UHGV virus genome: UHGV-0478246
Length of the DNA: 5,652 nucleotides
Source: a virus
Strand: one strand, 5' to 3'
The notes under the pieces were generated by a model. The model did not search any database. It worked only from the letters and a program-made list of their open reading frames with translations, and was not told the DNA's origin. Numbering within the stretch: the stretch's first letter is position 1; each line of letters begins with the position of its first letter. Below, one piece after another: positions 1 through 5,156 of this stretch. A program made the position numbers and the translations under genes.

Positions 1-416
1 TGTTCCTCTGTTAGTTCTGTCCATATAATGCCGTGCAGATGTATTCTTTTGGTATTGTCGTGTCCCATTTCTGTGATTAGCCAGTGTTTGAGTGGTTTCT
101 TATACTTTTTCCACCATCGTTTTCTGAATAGGCTGACTGCTTTTTGAGGTGTTTTGTTCGGTTCGTTTTCGTCATACTCTAATTTTTTTAGGCTTTCTTC
201 GGAGAACGTCAGCGTTGCAAATATAGTATTTTTTTGATTGGATTTTATTTCTTCCATCAATCTTACTCTCCATTCATTTGCTTTTGCGCGTCTGCATTCT
301 TCGCAGTGTCCGCATGGAATTTGGATCCATCTCAGACGACGGTCTCTTATTCTTTTAGCGTTTTCGTTCGATTTGGCGTACTTTGGATTCTCTATGGTAC
401 TTGGATATAGACACAC
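1..416 (-). CDS. Replication initiation protein VP4 (rolling-circle Rep), N-terminal portion. The ORF runs off the left edge and continues at 5652. The likely start is GTG at 416..414. The alternative is ATG at 450..448 followed by a +1 frame change near the A5 run at about 421-425.
   Basis: Minus-strand translation gives (V/M)CLYPSTIENPKY...IPCGHCEECRRAKANEWRVRL (the Cys cluster typical of microvirus VP4). It continues to NTIFATLTFSEE (RCR motif 1, about 204-221) and KRIHLHGIIWTEL (HxH motif 2, about 21-41). No in-frame ATG lies upstream of the Cys cluster, and the frame is closed by TAA at 443..441. This ORF is absent from the supplied track because it crosses the window edge. Confidence 0.8.
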   Translation of the reverse strand, partial: MCLYPSTIENPKYAKSNENAKRIRDRRLRWIQIPCGHCEECRRAKANEWRVRLMEEIKSNQKNTIFATLTFSEESLKKLEYDENEPNKTPQKAVSLFRKRWWKKYKKPLKHWLITEMGHDNTKRIHLHGIIWTELTEE

Positions 417-454
417 TGTTTTTAATTGAAATTTGCCCCTTTAAAATCATTTTT

Positions 455-1663
455 CTACCATTTTGTTGTTACGGTTTTATCTACTCCCTTAAATTTCATC
501 TCCGGATCGTAGTGTTGTGTTACTGTCGATGAATTCTTGGGGGGTGTTTCGTTCATCCTTCTTTCCGTGTATTCTCTGATTGCCTTTCCTGTTTTTCCTC
601 CGATTGCCAGGTTCCCCACTAATTGTGCCAGCTTGATGATCGTATTCGCTATTTCGGTCCAATATTGGAGTTCTCGCAGGTCTGCGGTTGCTTCTTCGGT
701 TCTCTTTTTTGCTTCGAGTACTTTTGCTTCTGCTTCTTGGGTTTCGCCTGCTGCGTAGAAGTAAGCTGCTTGAGCCATTGCGCTGCATGCGTCTGCGTTT
801 ATTTTTTTGATTTCCGCTGATAGTTTTTCGTCTGCATATATGCTTTCCAGAGTTTTGATCGCCGCTGTTCCTTCGAGGATTTGTTTTTCGGCTTTCATCA
901 TATCGCCCTGGAATGATTCTTCTCCGAATATGATCTTCCCGAATTTATCGTCCTCTATTTCGAAGTATTTAGGTATCTCGATTTCTTTGCCGTCGATCGT
1001 CGTTTTTTTTGTGGGTTGCCATTTTACCATTTGGTCCCATAGTTGGTTCGCCGTATTGATGAAGCCCTTCCATCCTTCGAACATCTCTTGCTTTACTTGC
1101 CACAATCTTTTTTCGATTATCGTTTGGGTTTCCTCTTGGTTTTTGCCTGCTTCCGCTTCGAGTGCTTTTGCTTGCGTATTCAGTAGTTTGATTTCTGCTT
1201 CGTTCTTTCGTTCGCTCATCCGCACCTGTCGCAATGACATCAATGCTTGCAGTTGCATATTCGGATCGGCTGCCGATCCTGCTCCTGTAGCTCCTGTTGC
1301 ACCCATTGGAGCACCCGTCGTCGAACCGGCTCCTCCGCCTCCGGCACCTCCTTTGCCGTACATCAGACCGGGAGACAATCCCGCTGCATCCATTTGTGCG
1401 ACCTGGTTGGCATAGCTTTGGTCTTGGTAGGTTCTGTCGTATAATACCTGCTGTCTTTCGAATGCATTCTCCGCCGCCATTTCTCCGTATTTGTAATTTA
1501 TTTTGGCTGCATTCTCTGCCATCTCTTTCTGCTGCCTTATCTGTCTCCTCCTGCCTATGCCCAGCATGTTGCCGATACCTGAGATGCCGCCCATTATTCC
1601 CGAGAGAGGGTTCATAACATCCTCTCCTTTTTCGAGTAATTCAAGTAGTTTTTTAAAGTTCAT
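455..1663 (-). CDS. VP2 (minor capsid / DNA pilot protein), 402 aa.
   Basis: The ORF is given in the track. It lies immediately upstream of VP4, and a 107-aa ORF separates it from VP1. It contains '...YANQVAQMDAAGLSPGLMYGKGGAGGGG...', which resembles the AGLNPxL-Y-GG motif I recall from gokushovirus VP2. A Gly/Ala/Thr-rich flexible linker follows (about 1259-1387). The rest is coiled-coil-like and K/E/A/Q-rich. Confidence 0.75.
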   Translation of the reverse strand: MNFKKLLELLEKGEDVMNPLSGIMGGISGIGNMLGIGRRRQIRQQKEMAENAAKINYKYGEMAAENAFERQQVLYDRTYQDQSYANQVAQMDAAGLSPGLMYGKGGAGGGGAGSTTGAPMGATGATGAGSAADPNMQLQALMSLRQVRMSERKNEAEIKLLNTQAKALEAEAGKNQEETQTIIEKRLWQVKQEMFEGWKGFINTANQLWDQMVKWQPTKKTTIDGKEIEIPKYFEIEDDKFGKIIFGEESFQGDMMKAEKQILEGTAAIKTLESIYADEKLSAEIKKINADACSAMAQAAYFYAAGETQEAEAKVLEAKKRTEEATADLRELQYWTEIANTIIKLAQLVGNLAIGGKTGKAIREYTERRMNETPPKNSSTVTQHYDPEMKFKGVDKTVTTKW

Positions 1664-1757
1664 TTTCGTTCTTTTTTAAAAAGAATTCATACCTATAGTT
1701 CTTGTTATATATGTATAAATGTCTACCGCTCTGTGCCACATATATTTACGAGGGTTA

Positions 1758-1788
1758 AAAGAGGGGGGCGGAAATATCCCCCCTCTTT
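1758..1788 (-). terminator. Perfect 11-bp inverted repeat (aaagagggggg / cccccctcttt) with a 9-nt loop, in the only sizeable intergenic region (1664-1817). It is a candidate intrinsic terminator after VP1-ORF107, and/or an ssDNA origin or packaging hairpin.
   Basis: Read directly from the sequence. Arms are 1758-1768 and 1778-1788, with loop cggaaatat. On the minus strand the stem is followed by 'ttttaaccc', a short U-tract. G6/C6 runs are unusual in this AT-rich genome. Confidence 0.4.
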
Positions 1789-1817
1789 GAGTTTTGGTAG
1801 ATCTTTATACGACTGCT

Positions 1818-2141
1818 TTAGCTTTTTTCGGGATCGGTTTTTCCTTCTGTCCCGAAATTTTTCGCAGCCTCGGTTTCGCCCTTGTTTTTTGCGATTTGGT
1901 TTGCTGTACTTTGGTTGATCTTGTCTATTGCGTCTATCGCTACTTCGAATCGATCTGTTCTTATGTCGTATTCGGGTCGTACTCCATCTTTTTTTTCCGT
2001 GTAGATTGTTGGAAATACTCCATCCTCCATGTTACTGGCTTCTCCGCTGATTATCTTTCTTAGTTTTACTTCCCTCGGTTCTGCCTCGTAGGTAAGGTTC
2101 GGATTATCGATGCATCCTTTTCTATTTTTTGCTGTTTTCAT
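1818..2141 (-). CDS. Hypothetical protein, 107 aa, between VP1 and VP2. It could be a scaffold-like or accessory virion protein. The function is unsupported.
   Basis: The ORF is given in the track. Its start lies 4 nt after the VP1 stop. It uses the same strand and codon style as its neighbours. No motif recognised. Confidence 0.55.
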   Translation of the reverse strand: MKTAKNRKGCIDNPNLTYEAEPREVKLRKIISGEASNMEDGVFPTIYTEKKDGVRPEYDIRTDRFEVAIDAIDKINQSTANQIAKNKGETEAAKNFGTEGKTDPEKS

Positions 2142-2145
2142 GGTG

Positions 2146-4191
2146 TTATAAGTTTGGAATTTGTTTTGCTGACATTACTCTACGTGCTGTTACGTCGAAC
2201 GCCACTTGGACCCAGAAGTTTTGCGAGCTCAGTCTCGACTCCGCGAATATATTGTTATATATTGTCGGATCGATGTACGTCGACGCGTTAGAAATTGTTT
2301 TATTTATCCCTTCTTCGTATATTCTATTCAAACACATGAATGCTAAAGGCATTCCCGCGGCAAATTCGCCGTACGTTTCGTTTACGTCTGTCGTGTATTC
2401 GATCCATGACGGTTGTTTTCCTAATGATTGGTACGTGTGGTTGAAGTTTTCAGTGGTTTCTGTGCTCCATGCTGCTGCTTCTTCTGCTATCAGTTCTTGA
2501 AATCCGATTGCGTCCAATGTCGGCTTATGGAAGTCATCCATATTTTGCAGTCTTGTCCACCATTTGTTGCCTTGGCTGTAATCGATTCGGGGTGTAATCG
2601 ATCCCAAGGCCATGATCATGCTTGGCTCTGTGCATTTGATTTTCAAGCCCCTTCCGGATTTGTACATAGTTGCGACTCCTCGTCCGGCAAGTGTTCCTAA
2701 CGGTTCTTCATCTGTTGCTGAGTTTGATACGATTTCGTCGAATGCGATTTCGCTCTGCATTCCGCCGCAGAATATAGGAGATTCGGGTAGTGTCGTGCTT
2801 CTGACTCCGTATGTCGCTTCTCTCCATGCTTGGTAAGTACCATCCGTAATTGCTACGCGATTCAGCATGTTGAAGATCTTTTTTTGGAGGATCAGAGCAT
2901 CCATCGTAAGTTTTCCATCGCTCACATCTACCGCTGTGATCGCGTTGATCCCTCCGGTCGTCCCGTCGATCCACTCGGTGTTCAGCCAGTTGTTGAACCT
3001 GTCGCTAAGGTATGTTTTTACTGCCAGTCCTGCTTGTGAATACCATGAATTTGAACTGGTATAATATTTCGTGCGGTTATAGTTCGGTAGTCGTAAGGTT
3101 CCTATTGCAGCCGCATACGGCATTTTGTTGTCTTTTACTGTGTACACCGCAGAACTGGGTGCCGCTAAGATTGCCGTCCGTTCGTCGTCGATGTTTTTTA
3201 ATGGAAATTCTGTTAGTTTGATCTTCTGGTTGTCCGGCATTGTTAAATTGAATTCCCCGGCTATGTCTTGATTGTATGCAATTTTGATTGCTTTTTTGAC
3301 TTTGTACGCGTAAATGTTGGTCGCCTTTTTCGGGTTGTCCGGTGCCTTGAGTCCCAGCGCTTCCGGGTCTGTTCGTTCGAATACGAAGGAGTCTCCGAGT
3401 TTTGTCAGTTTGTTGGTTTTTGCTGTAGGGTTTTTCGGATCATTCGTTAAGAATTGTATTTCATTGACTTCCTCAGGTGAGATTTTTTCCTCGAATTCCA
3501 GTTTGATGTACATTGGTAAATTATCTGATGGACTGATTGTGTATGTTACACTTGAGTTGGTTAGCCATTCTTTAGTCCATTCGACTCCGCTTCCTACACT
3601 GATTTTCTTCCAAATATGGTTTATTCCGGTGATTACGTATGCGTTTTCTTCCTGTTTGTTGGCGTAATAGTTTTTGAATATGTCCCAGTACGCCAGATTG
3701 AATATCGCAGGAAATCTTCGGAGGTATTGATTGACTCTGGAGTGTCCGAATCCTTTTATTCCCAAGTATGAGAGTAGCGAGCTCGGATTGACCTGTCCTC
3801 TGTTGGTGTCGTCTTCATAGATCGATGCATTGGCTGTATATACTTGAAATTGCGGCAATAGTACCTTACTCATGTTCAACCCTACTCCTAAAGCGTTGTT
3901 ATGCAGTGCTGCTATATAGAGTCTGATCGGAATTACGAATACGTCGATTTGATGTTTGAAGCTGCCGAATACAGGTCCGGTTGTCGGCAGTGTTTTTACT
4001 TTTGTCGTGATATCGATGTAGAATGTCGTTCCGTCCATACCTATCTGGCACCAATAGGGAACGATTGTGCCGCATGCTTGTGATGTTCGGATTATTTTTC
4101 CTACGTTATGCGATGATCTACCGAAATTGGGTAGATATACTTCCATTTTGCTTTCGCTTCGGATTCTGTCTCCTCCTAATGTTTTTTTCAT
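2146..4191 (-). CDS. Major capsid protein VP1 (Microviridae F/VP1 family), 681 aa. The second Met, at codon 16 (about 4146), is a possible alternative start.
   Basis: The N-terminal signature 'FGRSSHNVGKIIRTSQACGTIVPYWCQIGMDGTTFYIDITTKVKTLPTTGPVFGSFKHQIDVFVIPIRLY' matches the microvirus pattern F.LSH...T...G.L.P....GD.F....R..P...P...FFVP.RL.W. The C-terminal 'NRVAITDGTYQAWREATYGV' matches the conserved GG.Y.DW....G region. Its size is larger than gokushovirus VP1 and typical of Bacteroidetes-associated microviruses. Confidence 0.9.
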   Translation of the reverse strand: MKKTLGGDRIRSESKMEVYLPNFGRSSHNVGKIIRTSQACGTIVPYWCQIGMDGTTFYIDITTKVKTLPTTGPVFGSFKHQIDVFVIPIRLYIAALHNNALGVGLNMSKVLLPQFQVYTANASIYEDDTNRGQVNPSSLLSYLGIKGFGHSRVNQYLRRFPAIFNLAYWDIFKNYYANKQEENAYVITGINHIWKKISVGSGVEWTKEWLTNSSVTYTISPSDNLPMYIKLEFEEKISPEEVNEIQFLTNDPKNPTAKTNKLTKLGDSFVFERTDPEALGLKAPDNPKKATNIYAYKVKKAIKIAYNQDIAGEFNLTMPDNQKIKLTEFPLKNIDDERTAILAAPSSAVYTVKDNKMPYAAAIGTLRLPNYNRTKYYTSSNSWYSQAGLAVKTYLSDRFNNWLNTEWIDGTTGGINAITAVDVSDGKLTMDALILQKKIFNMLNRVAITDGTYQAWREATYGVRSTTLPESPIFCGGMQSEIAFDEIVSNSATDEEPLGTLAGRGVATMYKSGRGLKIKCTEPSMIMALGSITPRIDYSQGNKWWTRLQNMDDFHKPTLDAIGFQELIAEEAAAWSTETTENFNHTYQSLGKQPSWIEYTTDVNETYGEFAAGMPLAFMCLNRIYEEGINKTISNASTYIDPTIYNNIFAESRLSSQNFWVQVAFDVTARRVMSAKQIPNL

Positions 4192-4194
4192 GGC

Positions 4195-4629
4195 TTATTT
4201 TATTTGATTGTTTTTCATTTCTTCGTTTACGTGCAGGATGAATATGAATGTTGCGGTCAGGATGTCTTCCCATTCTTTTTTAGCTATGTGTTTTTCCGCT
4301 TCTTCTTTAGTGTTGAATTCCTTTGCGTTCAACATCGAGCCGCACATTGTGATCACCCATTTGTTTTTCTTGTTGCGGATCAGTACGAATATGCCGTTTT
4401 TCGATTGTACTCTTTCTTCGATTTCGAGGTTTACGCTTTCGATTTCTTCTTCTTTTTTTCCGCTTTCGGCAAGTAGCTGATTTCTGAATTTTTTGTCCAT
4501 GTCGCTTGATTTTTTTTGTTGTTGATGCTTCGATTGTACTTTTTCTTCGATTTCGAGGTTTACGCTTTCGATTTCTTTTTCTTTTTTCTCGCTTTCGGCA
4601 AGTTGCTGATTTCTGGATTTTTTGTTCAT
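4195..4629 (-). CDS. Hypothetical protein, 144 aa. The N-terminal half is two 43-aa tandem repeats (K/E/Q-rich, coiled-coil-like). The C-terminal roughly 65 aa form a small globular-looking domain.
   Basis: The ORF is given in the track. Its stop lies 3 nt before the VP1 start. The repeat is visible at both protein and DNA level. The C-terminal 'GIFVLIRNKKNKWVITMCGSMLNAKEFNTKEEAEKHIAKKEW' loosely resembles a YegP/DUF1508-type beta-beta-alpha unit. That resemblance is weak. Confidence 0.65.
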   Translation of the reverse strand: MNKKSRNQQLAESEKKEKEIESVNLEIEEKVQSKHQQQKKSSDMDKKFRNQLLAESGKKEEEIESVNLEIEERVQSKNGIFVLIRNKKNKWVITMCGSMLNAKEFNTKEEAEKHIAKKEWEDILTATFIFILHVNEEMKNNQIK

Positions 4630-4672
4630 GTTACTTGATTTTTGTTGTTGTCGATACTTCGATTGTGTCGAT
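4401..4672. repeat. Direct tandem repeat with period 129 bp. There are two full copies (4401-4529 and 4530-4658, about 90% identical) plus a 12-14 nt partial third copy (4659-4672).
   Basis: Read directly from the sequence. 'tcgattgtac' recurs at 4401 and 4530, and 'tcgattgtgtcg' at 4659. The aligned copies differ by a few substitutions and small indels. Confidence 0.85.
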
Positions 4673-4801
4673 TTTGATGCCGCTTGCTTTGAGGTGGTGC
4701 TTATGAGTGCATCCTTGCTCTATGATTACGGCAGCTGCGGCGCCGATTGCGGCTGCTATTACCGCGATCCATTTTACGATTTTCTTTACTTTTTCATTCA
4801 T
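4631..4801 (-). CDS. Unannotated small ORF, 56 aa, with one predicted N-terminal transmembrane helix. Candidate membrane or lysis protein.
   Basis: My own translation, checked base by base: MNEKVKKIVKWIAVIAAAIGAAAAVIIEQGCTHKHHLKASGIKIDTIEVSTTTKIK*. The ATG at 4801..4799 overlaps the ORF119 stop (ATGAATGA). The TAA at 4633..4631 lies 1 nt before the ORF144 ATG. It fills what would otherwise be the only unexplained 164-nt gap in a tightly packed genome. It is below the 60-aa track cutoff. The GC-rich patch at 4729-4768 is its Ala/Gly-rich hydrophobic core. Confidence 0.55.
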   Translation of the reverse strand: MNEKVKKIVKWIAVIAAAIGAAAAVIIEQGCTHKHHLKASGIKIDTIEVSTTTKIK

Positions 4802-5153
4802 AGTTCAGTGATAATTGAGTGTCTGTGTTTTTGATCATTACTATCCTTCTGATAATAGGTTCGTACAGTTGTTTTCTTTCGTTGTATATCCAGTTGCTTA
4901 CCTCGTAGAAGCTGATGCCGGTTCTTTGTGGTTTTCGAGTATCTACGTATTCCTTGTCGAATGTTTCTCCGTCTTCTGTCACGTAGAATGTTCCTTCGTA
5001 TTGGAAGTTTCGTCTGGATACTGCTTCTGCACCGATCAGTTTTGTAAGATTAGTGGATCTATCTCCGATGTCTCCTCTTCCTTTGGTGAATTTATTATCC
5101 TGTTTCTGGTCAATATATTCTCTATTTTTCTGGTCGCAAATTCCGTTTCCCAT
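4794..5153 (-). CDS. Hypothetical protein, 119 aa, immediately downstream of VP4.
   Basis: The ORF is given in the track. Its ATG lies 3 nt after the VP4 TGA. Its stop overlaps the start of the 56-aa ORF. No motif recognised. Confidence 0.55.
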   Translation of the reverse strand: MGNGICDQKNREYIDQKQDNKFTKGRGDIGDRSTNLTKLIGAEAVSRRNFQYEGTFYVTEDGETFDKEYVDTRKPQRTGISFYEVSNWIYNERKQLYEPIIRRIVMIKNTDTQLSLNYE

Positions 5154-5156
5154 ATT

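Noticed and set aside
352-450. A 32-aa ORF from ATG 450 (MILKGQISIKNSVSISKYHRESKVRQIERKR) with a basic tail. I considered it as a tiny J-like DNA-binding protein.
   Set aside because: It is more simply explained as the -1 frame over the Rep start (see the Rep start finding). It is too short and unconserved to call.
489-788. A 99-aa, highly Arg/Lys-rich minus-strand ORF embedded out of frame in VP2. An 88-aa ORF embedded in VP1 at 2708-2974 is similar. I considered it as a J/VP5-like DNA-binding protein.
   Set aside because: The basic composition and length are what the A-rich, T-poor coding strand produces in shifted frames (AGA/AAG/AAA codons, few stops). There is no independent start context and no conservation signal. 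It is not impossible, because microviruses do have embedded genes, but it is unsupported.
1636-1650. A minus-strand 'ctacttgaat' that faintly resembles the phiX174 origin core 'ACTTGATA'.
   Set aside because: It is a short, imperfect match inside the VP2 N-terminal coding region. The gokushovirus-type ori consensus is not established to my knowledge. It is most likely chance.
4171-4177. An AGGAGGA-like stretch, seen on the minus strand, inside the 5' end of VP1.
   Set aside because: It lies inside the VP1 ORF, about 25 nt upstream of the second ATG. That is too far for a Shine-Dalgarno. Bacteroidetes-type hosts do not rely on SD sequences. It is most likely just coding sequence.
4401-4672. 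I considered whether the direct repeats could be a CRISPR array or an iteron set.
   Set aside because: There are only two and a fraction copies of a 129-bp unit, with no spacers. They sit inside coding sequence and are read in frame as protein repeats. This is a tandem duplication, not CRISPR. Iteron-like Rep binding cannot be excluded but has no support.
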